Shown: positions 41,001 to 54,550, counted from the first letter of the stretch. The stretch: 64,000 bases of DNA from Balanoglossus misakiensis (GCA_040954595.2 CM082588.2:3246513-3310512); one strand, 5' to 3'. Notes: a model not told the origin generated them from the sequence alone. A program made the numbers and translations.

Positions 41001-44000
41001 AGAGTGTAGAAACCCCTACAGAACTCAAAATGGATTCACCTGTTAGGTGGGTGTCCTGCGGGTACTACCATACAGCAATAGTTACAGGTAAGTAAGACTG
41101 GCTGGATATATGTTTCATCCACAAAAAACACTGCACATTTGCAGTTAAGACAACCATCCTGCTTTCGAATGTTTATGTGAATTGTATCGTGTAATCTCTT
41201 TACTATTTTTGGATCTGTTTGAACAGAGGACGGTAAACTTTACACTTTTGGCGAGAGAGAATTCGGCAAACTGGGTCTGAAGAGTGACCAAATGGAGGAA
41301 ATCTCCAAACCAACACACGTCGACTCAATAAAGGAGCCTGTCAAAATGGTGGCATGTGGGGGTGGCCATACAGCTGTTATTACAGGTTGGTAACTTCCTC
41401 TGGAGAAAACTGGTTTTTCACTGATCAGCAGACAGCGATGCAACTTCTTAACAAATCTTTATGTGGATATAAATGGTTGCATGTCAATCATGTTTCTCTA
41501 GACTTCTATAAAATCCAATACATGTATATATGTACGGCTATCTTTTCAGAGAAAGGTAATCTGTACACGTTTGGGGATGGAAACCATGGTCAGCTCGGCC
41601 ACGGCCCCTCACAGATGCAACTGAACACCCCAGAAAAAGTAGTTCGACTCAGTGAACATAAATGTAAATATGTATCGTGCGGTGACAACCACACAGCAGT
41701 CATTACAGGTAAGAATATTCAGAAGTTTCGTGTTGGAGTCAATCGAGCAGGGTTTTGGGGTGGGGAATCCAGAACTGAAAATAGCCAAGTAAATTCATAA
41801 GATTCTGAGAGTGTAGTCTTGAAATTTAACGCCTAAATGACTAACTCTTTTCTTCTGCAGAAAAAGGTGCTATGTATTCTTTTGGTGATGGCAGGCATGG
41901 CAAACTAGCGCTCAGTGAAGAAGATTTTTGTAATATATTTAAACCTTGTAAAGTTTCCAGATTTAGTCGTTTTGAAGTCCAAAAGGTAAGGCTATAGTGA
42001 AGTGTATATGTATGACTTCTTGAGATTGAAAAATGCCCTGATACTGTTTAAATTTAAGTCATAGCTTGTGGCCAAATGCTCCCAGCAAAAATGCAAATTT
42101 AACTCGTGCCCTGTGATGCTCGACCAATAGGTATCATGCGGGGGCTGTCACATGCTGGTGATGTCACTCAAGAGAGACCAAGCCAACGGGCAGTGGTCCA
42201 GTGAAGCAGACAGCGAGGAGGAAGATCCCCTGAAGAAAGCAAACAGGATGTCGGTCATGGCCAACGACACCAGAATAGAAGCAGCAGCGGCCACCATCGT
42301 GATGGCGTCGCTCGATGAACCGGGCGCACAGGTCAACGAGAAAGAAAGGTTATCACAGACTTTTGATGCCACAGCCAGGGGAAGGCGGCGACAAAAAGAT
42401 GTAAGAATGTGAACACAATTTTCATTTCACTTTTTTATCTGTCAAATTAAAAAATGACAGGATTGTGTTTTGGTTATGTGACAGGACGTGATATGTAGAA
42501 CTAGAAGCATTGTAGCAATGAGGTCTGTACATGTTTTGGCAGTGATTATACCCTTCTTTGTACTTTTGTGACCATCAGATCCAAGAATTACCTCCCCCAC
42601 TGGCAAGGACATTACCCCCTCTCAGTACTCAGGGTTCAAGCAGCCCAAAGCCGGCTCCCAGGCCTCTACCCAGGCACCACGTTGCCATCACAGGTGCCAA
42701 CAAGCTTGACCAAGGAAAGCTACCAGAAATCAAGAATGAAACGACAATGAAACAACAAGGTTAGTAAAACAGACAAGCTGTGGTGTGGAGTCTTGATTGG
42801 TCAATCTACATAGCTATTACGACTTGAAGTTAGGTTGTACATCTCATTCAAAGAAGATCACAAATGTTTGCAGTTTCACTGACTTTTGAAATGCTTCCTG
42901 CCAACTGTTGCCTAGCAATTCGAAGCCTTTGGTATCACTTTAACTGTAACAAATTTCTTTTTTGCAGTGCTAGTGAAAGAAACTAAAGATGCTAGTGAAA
43001 GTTCGTCAGAAGATGAAAGCGATGATGAGCCCAAACAGACAGTACGTCCGTTTGATGAGGTAAGGCGAGGTGTTTATTTGAATGATACACATGTCCAAAA
43101 CCGCGGGAGTGAAATTCACTCATTCCAACCCTCCCATGCATCAAGAACATTACATTCCCTGCTCTTCCCTATTCGCTAAAATCGTTCTCTAATCCAGAAA
43201 TTTTGTACGGTGACCCACAGTTGTTTATTCATAATTTTAAGAGAGAATAATCTAAAGTTGCCTTGAGCAAAATACAAGAAGACGTGTCAGACTGATTTTC
43301 CAGTGTGTGCTACTTAAACCCTTCACCCCCAGTTCTATCTATAGAGGTCCAACTTTGCTGTAGAAAGCAATGCATTTGGACCAAACCATGGTGGTGAAAA
43401 GGTAATTTAGGAAGATGGGAGTCAGAGTGCCATTTTGATTTTTCTCTTTCGTTTAGAGACACTATTCTAAAAGTGGCAACATGGAGGATCTCGCGCCCAT
43501 GGTGTCTGCTTTGAAAAGACACCAGAGAAGGGAACGAAAGGTAGACATTGAGTGTGGTGATTTGTTTTGGCTGCTACTGCATGTCATAATAATCCAGCAA
43601 AATGCAACTCTCCCTTTGTTCACGTTCAAATGAACCGCACCATGGTTGTCATCCTCTCACCCCCATTTCCTAGTGTAAAAGTCCAACTACACATTTATCA
43701 TAGCTAGAAACAATCACACGGACCAAAGTCTGGTGATGGAGGGATAATAATAAACAGTGCTGAGAATTTAAAAAGATAATCATATGCAGATAATTGTAAT
43801 GTTTTGCCCAACGAACAAAATGTGTGCCTGTCTGTAAATAGCCCCATATACATGTAGTACCGGTAATACATTCTAAGACACTGCCCTGTTGTTTCAGAAG
43901 TGACTGAGTCATTGACAATGACTGTTGAGGAGTGAGATGGGTGTTGAGGTGTCTCTGAGTTCTCGCACATAGCTAAACATGCGAGATGTAGCCTACTTTG

Positions 44001-47000
44001 TGCGTGCATTTTGGTGGGTTAGGTGGTGGATGGTTGCATGAGTTGTGGGTTTCTTCATCTCAGCCAAGACAAACTAACAGAAATAATCCATCGTACAATA
44101 TGTCAGTGATTGTCCCCATTGACATCTGTAACAATACATGTTTTGCTTCTTTACTCCACAGCACAAAACGTATAGCTAATGACAAATGAATATTGAAATG
44201 CTGTATTTTTTTTGTCTGTTGCAGAAAGAACAAGAAATAAAGGCACAGAAAATATCAAGTCAAAAGGTAAATACAATGTAACACATAGGTGTGCGAGACC
44301 ATTGCATATCTTGGTATGTTTATCATTGATCATGTGAAGATGTAATTACTAATTGCCTTGAAGATGTTCAGTATTTCCAGCTTTTTTTACAGCTAGTTTA
44401 CAAAAGCGAGGAATACAGCTATGTGATGGCTGTATACACTGTACTTTTGTCACCAAAGGAAATTTTGTATCATTTTGACTGTCCATACATGTAAAGAAGA
44501 AGAACAAGTCAATAACACCTATTTATTTCTATGTGCCTGCCTATGTTGATCTTGCATGTGACAAACACACAGGATAGCGATTCCCGCACAGACAAAGAGT
44601 TGACTGATAATGTCCAACACGACAACAAAATTAATCACGGACGTGATCCACAACCACAGTCTCCCCAAACTGAAAATAAGGTACACACATGGGTTCTGTG
44701 ATTGCAATTGATGCACATTGGTTACAGTACTAACGTTTCCTTTCTCTAATACTGATCACCACCAAATCATGGTTACAGAAACCAGATTGGGCAATTGTTT
44801 TCATGAATGACAAAGTTTGTCTTGTCACGATGATCTCGATGGTTTGTATCAGTGTATGTGTGTACTGAGCACGTGTTAGAGATGGCACTGAATATCCCCG
44901 CAATGGGTGTTTTGTAAACACTGAATAACTCAGCAATATCTTACCTTTCACTGCACTGCCAGACTGAGGGCGATAAGCAGGAGTTGTTAGCAAGCTGGGA
45001 TTCTGATGGAAGTAGTGATGGTGGTGGTGAGGACGGTCTGGAAAATCTTGAGGAATCTGATGAGGTAGAATAGAGAAATACAAAATAAAATGTGGCTTTT
45101 TTTTGTCTGTCTTTGTTTTTGCTCTTATAGTATTTGTGATGTTTCTTGTGATTCTTCTTTGCATGGTGTCTCAATGTCCGATTTTTTGCTGTCCTGTCTA
45201 TCTTCTCTGTCTTGATTTTCAGTTCTTAGTGTTGAACTTTTTATCTGTCGTTTGCAGTGGTTTTGGAATGGCTGTCAACATCGGCTTTTTGGCGAGGTCG
45301 TGGCAGAATTTATTCCTGTAGTGTGTCAAAATTAGCATTCCTCCACCGAGTGTACTAGATCATTTGAATTGAAATCAAACTCTGCCATGTGTTAGTTCAC
45401 TGTGATTTTCCCATAAACCCATTCATGCTATGAACAATTGACACCATGGAAAAATATATGATGAGGTGTGTAACAGTAACTGCACCAAGAAGTTCGTCAA
45501 TTTTCACTCCAACTTTCTATCATTTCTTTCTGCTTGTTGTTAATGCTGCTTTGTGAAGGTAAAACAATTGAAGGCGGAGTTGAGAATGAAACACGAGTGG
45601 ACTAAAGTTGAGCTTAGTGAATCCCTTAGTAAGGTAGTAATTCAGTGCATGTTGCTATGGTGTAGTCTCTGCAGTTCCTAACTTGTCCTTGTCATTCTCG
45701 ATTGCTAACATTGGCTTTGTGCAGTGTTAAACTAACATTTTTTCTTCTTCCTTTGAACAACAGATCATCAGTGTAATTTTTCATTGCATGTGAACAGGTT
45801 GTGTGTTTTTGAGAGTGGTAGCATAATATCCTACATGTACTGTGGCTGTTACACTATACAAGCAGAAGTGTGGGTAGCGTATACATGTATCATGAAATTA
45901 CATTTGACACACAGACAAAAATACTGGAAAATAGCCTAGAGTTACCCCTTGTGTGACTTTAAACTATACAAGGTCAATAGACTGATTGGTTGACACTCCG
46001 CAACCCTAGAATACATTTTATTGGCCAAGGGTTTATAGATTCAGATGGTATTGCTTCAGTATTGCATCCAACCCCAGCCATTACTAACCCCACCCCACCC
46101 TAACCCATACTTTTTCCCTGCTTTTCTCACTTGCACACGCCCTCCCCCCTCAAAAAAGCTGGAAGATTCAAAGGACAACGAGTCTTCCTCCTCAGAGGAT
46201 GAGGCGGAGAAAACTGATTCCGTGAAAAAGGTGACTGCCGCCAGGGTTTTGGCAGGTAGCAAGAAATCAAAGTCGTCGGACGAGAACAAAGATGATTTGG
46301 GCTCTGAGCACAGCATAGAGGAGACAAAGTTAGATGACAAACTGGAGGTAGTTTACTTTCAATGTGTGTCATCCTGGCCCCAGCTGTGTGTTAATTGTCT
46401 TTCATTGGTCTTTTGGGGCACTTCTGATTGTATGTATTAAAGCAAAACTCGAAAACCACAGCTGGGCGGCCAGTCTAGATGTGCCTTCACTACTAGCATG
46501 TGAAAAGATTTGCTGTGCTTCTAACAACACAACACAACACAACACAACACAACACAACACAACACAACACAACACATGATATGCTTGTGCTGTTCATCAA
46601 TTAACATTGACATATTTCAGAAAATAAAAGTCTTCGTGATATCGAGCCCTAGAAGTTTCATTCCATTTCAGGAGCACATGGTCACTTTATCAGCTGTAAC
46701 AGCAGACGTACCACCTCCGACTCCTAACTCCTTGAGTCTTTCTCTCTTGCCTGTTATTTTTTCTTTGCATGCTAGGAGATTGAGGAGACCAAGATAATAC
46801 CAATCTCTGAAGCCCCGACTGTGGCATCTGAAGCCCCAACCGTGGCCTCGGAAGCCCCTATCACCAAGACTGTCCTTGCATATGACGCCCGTAGCTCCAC
46901 TAGCACTGCTAGTGTTAAATCAACCGAGGTATTAATTAATTGACACCACAGCTAATGCTCCAGACAAGATGATTCACATTATCATACACTAAGTAAAGTC

Positions 47001-50000
47001 TTTGTCATTCTACACATCAGAGACTTCATATTCTGCACCCTGATAATCTCAGATTTCCCAAAAAAGGCAATGGGAATACATAAACACATTGTTTTCATCT
47101 GTAATGTCATGGTATCCAATTGTAAATGTTAACGGTCAATTTCTGTTGAGTTCTGCACCTGACTTGCAAGCGTAATGTAATTTTGCATTTCAATGAAAAA
47201 TCGCTGATCAATGTGGCTGTAAGCGAAATTCTGATGCAAACTATGGAAGTAGGGGCATAGAAGCAGCAATTTTGAAATGTATTCGCTCTTTCTGTGTTTT
47301 GCAATGTCCTCTGTCGCCTGCATTTTTTTGCAAGTCCTTTGCCACCTGCATCAATGATTTTCCTGAAATGAATAATGCTTGCATGTTACGGTTGCTGGAA
47401 ATTGTCGTCACGGAATAAGGGGTAACATAGCGTCTCACTTCATCTGTTCATGCAGTGTTGGTGCTTAAGTGGTTCATAGAAGTTTTGTGTGATCTGTTCT
47501 GACCATTATCTTTGTTACTTTCAGATTTCATCAGCTGCTCAGTGTTGCTGTCCTCAGTGTGTGTTTGTCTCAATTAAAATAAAATCACTTTCATACTGTA
47601 TAAATTAAGCTGCAAGGCTACATGTGTCATTAATTGTGCATTTTCAACTTTCAGTTTCTCCAGAATGTGTGTGTGGCTTTATACATTCTCAGCATCAAAA
47701 GTGTTAATTCAAGGATTCTGCATGACCCATATTTCAATAAAATCTGTCAACAGGAGAAGGAAAAAGAAGAAAAGAAGAAGAAGAAGAAAAAGGAGGACAA
47801 AGGAGAGAGTGATGAAGATGATGATGAAGATGAAGATAGCGAGGATGAGGAGGAAGAGGATTTGGAAAAGTTGGATCCAAAAGAGAGGAGAAGAAGGGAG
47901 AAAGAAAAAGCCAAGAAAGAGAAAGAAAAACGTAAATATGTCTAAAGGGTCGATTGTTTTCAAAATACTTCGGCGCACCGATGAATGTGAGAACACTGTC
48001 TCAGACAATTACTGGAAATTTGGGAATGGTGTGGAGTGTTGTGACTTGTACCTTTAACATAACCATAGGCTATGATCCACAGAAAAACTTGATAGAGGAG
48101 GACTTTTTTCATCTTTGAACAGAGAAACAGTTGGAGAAGGAAAGAAAAGAAAAGGAAAAAGCAGAGAAGGAGAGACTGAAACAAGAGAAGGAAGAAGAGA
48201 AAAAGAGGAAAAAAGAGGAGGAGCTGAAGAAGAAAGAGGAGGAGAAAAAGAAGAAGGAAGAAGAGAAGAAAAGGAAAGAGGCGGAAAAGAAGGGGGTGAA
48301 AGTCAAGAAGATAGATGAATCGGAGGATGAAGATGAAGACGAGGATGAAGATGAGGATGAGGACGAGGATGAGGAGTCTGAGGAGGAAGAGCTGTTGACT
48401 AAGAAAGAGAAGGAGAAGAGAGCCAAGGAGGAGGCCAAGAAAGCCAAGGCCAGGGAGGAAGCTAAGAAGAAAGAGGCGGCAAAGAAGAAAAAGAAAGTGG
48501 AATCAGAGGAGGAAGAGAGCGAGGAGGAGAGTGAGGAAGAAGGTAAGTGATGATGACAGTGATGGGGGGTCTTGACCACTGTGTGACCTTACAGTCTGGT
48601 GTGCCTGTTCGTGTGAATCCATGTTTGACACTACATGTACGAACTCCATGCAAGTTCTTAAGTATATACCTTTACCACGATTCCTAACAACAGAACCCAA
48701 GGCCAAAAGCAAAGACAAAGCTACACTGGACATATTTGGCAAGAAGCAGCCAAAGAAGTCTTCCAAAGTTGACGTCGACGAAGACGACGATGATGAAGAG
48801 TCCGAGGATGAAGAGGAAATCAAAAATAAAGAGAAAGACAAAGAAAAGGCCAAAGAAGCTGAGGTGTCAAAGGTAAATTGTCATGTGATTGCTTGTACTA
48901 CAAAATTTTCATTTTACAAGACTAACGTATACATATGTGAATTATTTTTAAATTTCTGAAACCCAGATTATTTTTGGAAGAGAAAAACTAAGCAAACCAA
49001 ACATACATACATGAACAGTGGAATTAAAAACACGTTGAAAAATCCTCTAATATTTTGAAATCTAGTAAAAGTATGTGCTCTCGCTGGCAAACAAACACTT
49101 CATGTACACATACCGCACATAAGGTACAAACATTGATACATGTGTACTATGTTTATCACACATGAAGTCAACATCGCATTTCCCATCATTGACATGTAAC
49201 AAAGTGCATAACAACCATACATGATATGCATACATCTGTTGTGTATTAACAAAAATCAATAATCACATCGTTTTTTGTATTTTTCTTATCCATTGATCAT
49301 TTTTGTCATCAAAATGTCCCAATATTGCTGCCGTTGTCCATGAGTAAGTGCTTCAACTTGTCTACCTTGTTTTGTTGTTTGTTTTTGTGTGTATGTGTGT
49401 TTATTGCACAAAGTGAACTCACCAGATGTAAACTTTTCAGCACCTCTTTCATGACACTGACTATATCCTAGGGTGGGATGTTTTCCAACACCTAGAAGAG
49501 ATAACATGAAAGCATTTTCCATAAAATATTTGATTTTACTCACCACACATAGAAACTGTCACTCTTCAATTTTTCCTTTGAGGTTATTAACACTCGATCA
49601 CATCACATTCTTGCTCTGAACTCTTCCTCTCTATCCTTCCCTACTCTGATTTACATTAACCCTTTCACCACCATGGTTTGGTCCAAAACTATTGTTTTCT
49701 ATGGCAAAGTTGGACCTCTTTAATAGGGAAATGGAGGTGAAAGGGTTAAAGCCCTGTACTTTTCCAGGAATGTTCTTCCTAGCCTGCACAAGTAACAGTG
49801 CTTTGTATGTAGTGTAGTGTGGCATTATATTGTGGTGTGTTGATTGCAACTTGATATCTGTTATTACTGAGATAAAACTTTCTCGCCTTTATTTCGTCAT
49901 GTGCACAAATCATGAAACATCTTTTCCAGGGAGTGCACTGAGTAAATATAAGAGGCTAGAGTGTGAGTTATGAAATGTTTTGAAGGTCTGATTTGAGAAA

Positions 50001-50147
50001 TAATTGACTGTCGTTTCTCTCCCCTTTCAGTGGAAATTCTGGCAAAAGAACAAAGCTGCAGAAGAGAAGAAGAAGCAGGAAGAACAAGCAAAACAACAAC
50101 AACAGCCGCCGCCCGAACAGAAGAGCAAGACCTGTGTCATCCTCTAG
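38075..50147 (+). CDS. RPGR: Retinitis pigmentosa GTPase regulator orthologue (RCC1-like domain, acidic/charged tail, CaaX), up to ~1082 aa, up to 22 exons
   Basis: RCC1-domain exons 38075-38102, 39726-39851, 40012-40104, 40495-40713, 40938-41087, 41227-41385, 41550-41708, 41861-41985 ([53 protein letters not shown]). Then 42131-42400, 42579-42759 (ARGRRR, RTLPP), 42968-43059; less certain cassettes 43457-43540, 44225-44266, 44573-44680, 44963-45064, 45559-45633, 46159-46347, 46776-46928; then 47754-47931, 48123-48542, 48694-48872 and terminal 50031-50147 ending KSKTCVIL* (human KSCTIL). The 28-nt first coding exon and OTC adjacency support orthology. Confidence 0.92.
40776..40867 (+). mobile_element. 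~92-bp piggyBac-like MITE, copy 1 (RPGR intron 4)
   Basis: TTAACCCTTTCACC...GGTGAAAGGGTTAA terminal inverted repeat including TTAA; internal similarity to three other copies. Confidence 0.75.
43314..43405 (-). mobile_element. piggyBac-like MITE, copy 2 (inverted, degenerate ends; RPGR intron 11)
   Basis: TTAAACCCTTCACCCCCAG...GGACCAAACCATGGTGGTGAAAAGGTAA, the reverse complement of copies 1 and 3. Confidence 0.7.
46526..46575 (+). repeat. (AACAC)n pentanucleotide microsatellite
   Basis: About 10 units in an RPGR intron. Confidence 0.9.
49656..49749 (+). mobile_element. piggyBac-like MITE, copy 3 (RPGR last intron)
   Basis: TTAACCCTTTCACCACCATGGTTTGG...GGTGAAAGGGTTAA. Confidence 0.75.
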
Positions 50148-51292
50148 CTGTCACTCATCAGTGGCGAGCCAATCATATTGATTGGGGGTGTGGATATGCA
50201 AATTGGTGACAGGGAAGATGTCAAAATTTTGCAGTGTGGGCTGTGTTTCATTCATCACTGATCTCGAAGAACTGTGTGAACATTTGCATATTCAAATAGT
50301 TTTCCTGTCACACACCAATCAGGAGATGTGTTCCTTCCAGGAGAAATGTCAATCATCATATTTATGACCAATCAACGATGGAATGAAGGAAAAATTAATG
50401 GTCCATTATGATGACATCCATTGACTAATCCAAATGTTGCTCATAGAGACTTAAAAATGTAAATTCCAAAGTGTAAATGTACCGCTAACTCACCAGAAAA
50501 TGTTTAAATGCAGTATTCCTTCAAATTTCAAATAAGTGTCTTTGGAATTTGAAGTGAATTGTTCAATCACATTGTTAAATGTGCTAGTTTGTAGGCTTCA
50601 TCTTTTAACCTCTTTATGGCAATACATACTTTAAGTACAGAATACAGAACATGTCACCCTAAGTCTAGTGTTCTCATTGGCAACCAGGGAAACCCCTGAA
50701 ATTGAGGAAATGTCTACCCCTTACATGGTGTTCTGTAATGGAGTCAGGTATCTTGAGCATCCTTACCAGACATTGTCTGGGACAGAAGTTTTATTTTAGC
50801 TACCCAGCAATAAATAAAGCACAGTCATAAATTAACAGTGACAAGATTTGCATCTAAATGTTGGGAAGTACTGATTAAAAAGTCAACTCAGAAGAATTTT
50901 TAGAGTATTCCAACACTGTGTAGATTACCAGCTGTTAGTCTAATTTGTCGCACCCAACTGGTCTTCTGCGCTTATAAGTTTCCACAGCATACAATGCCAA
51001 ATTTGTTATTTATCTGAATGATTTCCGATTGATTAAGAGCACATCGTTTTATCATATAATATGATATAACCTTTATATATAATAAAGTATGTGACCCATA
51101 TTTAAAAATGTACAAAAGAGGCCACTTTTCACGGTACTCATAACATTTCTGAAATATAAAGTGCTTGTGCTTTTTTACTAAGGCTGCTTCTTATTGGGTC
51201 AAAGTTCATGGAGCGATTTCAAATCAGCTGGAGTAATAAGCTGTAGTTACAGCCCAGTAGCTGTACTTTTTTGACGGGGCACCACCCTCCCT

Positions 51293-51384
51293 TTAACCCT
51301 TTCATCCCCAGTTCCCACTGTAGAGGTCCAGGTTTACCATAGAAAACAATGGATTTGGGCCAAACCATGGTGGTGAAAGGGTTA
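51293..51384 (-). mobile_element. piggyBac-like MITE, copy 4 (inverted; RPGR 3' region)
   Basis: TTAACCCTTTCATCCCCAG...CCAAACCATGGTGGTGAAAGGGTTA. Confidence 0.72.
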
Positions 51385-52675
51385 TGTGTATATTAATGCA
51401 TCTACATCTACATCTGTATTTAATTCCAAAACTACATCCTTTATTAAGAATCATCTTTGGTTTAATATTTAATTAAGGGGACATTGTGAATGAAGTATGC
51501 TTCAATGATAACATGAATAAAAGTATGTTGGAAATCTTTCTATAAATTTTTGATGATTCCGAAATCTCATGACATATTATTTTTCTCGCTGTGATTGCCT
51601 TAGACAAGGCACCACTTGTAAGTTTTGTATTAAAGAAATTAAAATTTTATGTAAATGCATTTTGATATATGTACAGATTTGACATATAATTGGACACTGT
51701 ATATATTTACTTTCAGAACAAGCTTGTAGATAAAATTGTAATATGAAAACGCTTTCCGTGGCCTTTGATGTAGTGTGATAGATGGAAACTTAAGTTTTTG
51801 ACAAGTAAAATTTCTTGTTAACGAAATATACCATTTTGCGTTGTGTTTAATATTATTTTATGTTTATACATGTATTATATTTTGTTTCAAGTGATCAAGT
51901 GGCCTATAATGCACCTTGCATTAGAGAAATACTCAAGAACTAACCTGTACTAAATCTGAGGGATGACAGGTTATGCACACAAAATACTAAGTAAATGATG
52001 TCCACAGTCTCTGAGAGAATGGTGATGAAACCAGTGCTGTCAGTCAAAAAAATATGATGAGTACCTTATGGCTGTTGATATGGACACTTGCTTCTTCATT
52101 TGTCCTTGTATGCCAAGAAGGCTGAAGGCTGGCCAAGTTGACAGGTCCGACTACAGGCAACGTACACTGGATAAACTTGTAAAAGATGGTGACTTGGTGT
52201 ACAGATAGGACATGGCTTCCACAAATGCCAGTAGAGACTCATGAACACTAGTAGAAATGGCAACCATTACAGGAGTCACTGACCTGATATCAGCCTTTCA
52301 TAAGATCACCATCCCCCATGCTGATTGGTGCATTTGTCGACAAACAACAGGTGCAACACTGTTATATGCAAATTCATGTGACCTGGCCAGTCAGTTCAGA
52401 GCTACATGTAAATTAAGTTCCCCATTATTCACATTGTCATCAAGAGATCTAGACAGAACTGTCAAAGGTTTTAATTTTGAGATTACATTGGAAGTATGGC
52501 GTTGTGGCTTTTTTGTGTGTGACAGTCAGTTGCGATTTGCTTGTCTCTGTACATGAATTTACTCCCTCACAGGTGAAGTTCTATGTTTGACTTGAAGTTA
52601 AGGTGTTTGTAGAATTCGAGGATACATACAGTCAAAAGTCAACACCAAAATGACGGCAAAGAGACATGATATATT

Positions 52676-52701
52676 AATAAAGCAATCATGGAGTTTTTAT
52701 T
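52676..52701. terminator. Opposed poly(A) signals between convergent RPGR and ZDHHC14
   Basis: AATAAA on + at 52676-52681 and on - at 52696-52701. Confidence 0.4.
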
Positions 52702-54550
52702 GTTCTGATATCAGCCAAATACATGAAATGAATTTTCCCTTTTTATGATAAATCACAGTGCATTATAATTACACATACAACAGGTCTGACAGTATAAACA
52801 AATTTCAGTGATTACTGTTACATGTATCTACATTGTCTCATTCAAAAATAACAAAACTACATATGGACCCTAGCAATATAAAATAATCAGAACTGAATTC
52901 TAAGATATCTTAACATCTTCATAAAGGACATGGGTATTTGTAAGTACCCTTGTAAATAAAGCAGAACAAGGTTTGCATGCAACAGGGCAGTTTTTTCTGT
53001 CTTTTTTTTACCTGTAAATGTAAGTTTTACTGAACACTACATCCTTTGTGGATTTGGAAACTGCTAAAGTGTTACAGAGACTGCACTAGTCTGTTCTGAA
53101 GAAGTCCCGTGACTAAGTTAGATGTTTACATGGAAAAATTGGCTCATAAATGGCAACAGACGAAGTGATGCATTTAGCGAAGAACTCTATGCAAAGCTGT
53201 AGAACAATACAGAGAAAAAAGAAATGTTTTTGAAAAATAACAAAGAATGCACTGATTACATTATGTACAAGGCTAAGGGGTCATGCACAGACGTGAATTA
53301 TCTTCTGAATTTGATTGGGACCCTTTAGTACAATGGCAATTAATAATATGACTGTTTGTATGGGTAACATGCATTTTTAATTGTATTTAAAAAAAACACC
53401 AGCCATACATACCATGGGAGCCACGCTCGGAAAATATTGTACTTGGACTTGACCCATCAATATGGTTTAGTCATTCAAAACACTGCCCCCCCTGACGCTG
53501 GTCTTACTGTTTTCTATTCTAAGCTGTCATTGTTCAATAGATGACGATAAAATTAAACACTGGTTTTTGAAATTTATTTACATACAAGAAATGATACAAT
53601 AATCAGCTCTCAAATTATCCCTGACAATTTCTAATCCTATCTGGTCAAAAATGCTGCTATAATTTTCCTCTGATCATAAACTTCTTACTTCTACTTCTCA
53701 ATTGTGTGAACAAGGTGGGGGAAAGCAAGCTGATTCGAGAAGTACAGAACAAGGGGATCTCCCCTGCCCGGTTAAAAATTTACAACACCATTGTGGAGCC
53801 CACCAGCTAAAAATATATTTTCCACTGTGATGAATATACACACCTGCATTATGACTAAAATTTGCTGTAAATCAATAAACAAAAGCTAACGAAAAAAAAA
53901 AATAAGAATCAGAAAAATCAGCTTATGCTACATCACCTAATGACCCCTAAACAGAAACACTCTGGTCTAACCGATATACATGCTGTATTGTCAATGGCAT
54001 GGTTGGGCTATACAACTGATGAATAGGGGTTCCAACAATTGGAAGATAGATAGTAATAATCGACGGAAGTAATTATTTTAATTTTGTTTCAAAACCTCTG
54101 TTCTATGTCATTTGTTTTACTGTATATCATATTAATAAAGAAAATAACTAAATTTACATTTGAATGAAACAGGGGTTAATATGGATGACTATGATTGAGA
54201 AGTCATGAAAATTGAACTTGCCAATACTTTCACGTGATAAATCTATCCTTGACTCGTGTGCAGTAAAATAGCATACATCATGCATATCTGTGTCTTTCAA
54301 GGAAATTTCGCCAAAAAATGAACCCTTCTGTTTCAGAATCTGCACAAACTACCCAAACACAACATGTTCATTCCTATTTAAAAGTAGTGTCCCGCGCCAT
54401 GTGTATATTAGGGACGTTCGGTTTTCTCAGTTAAAAAATTCCAGCTCTTCCCTACAGCGACGCACAGTGGCTGTGACCAAAGATGCTGTGTGTGTGTCCA
54501 TCATGGCCTTGGAAGTCTAGTGTGACGTACACCTGTGTATGATCCGACAG

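Noticed and set aside
47709-48853. Antisense Ser/Phe-rich ORFs
   Set aside because: Shadows of the purine-rich RPGR exons.
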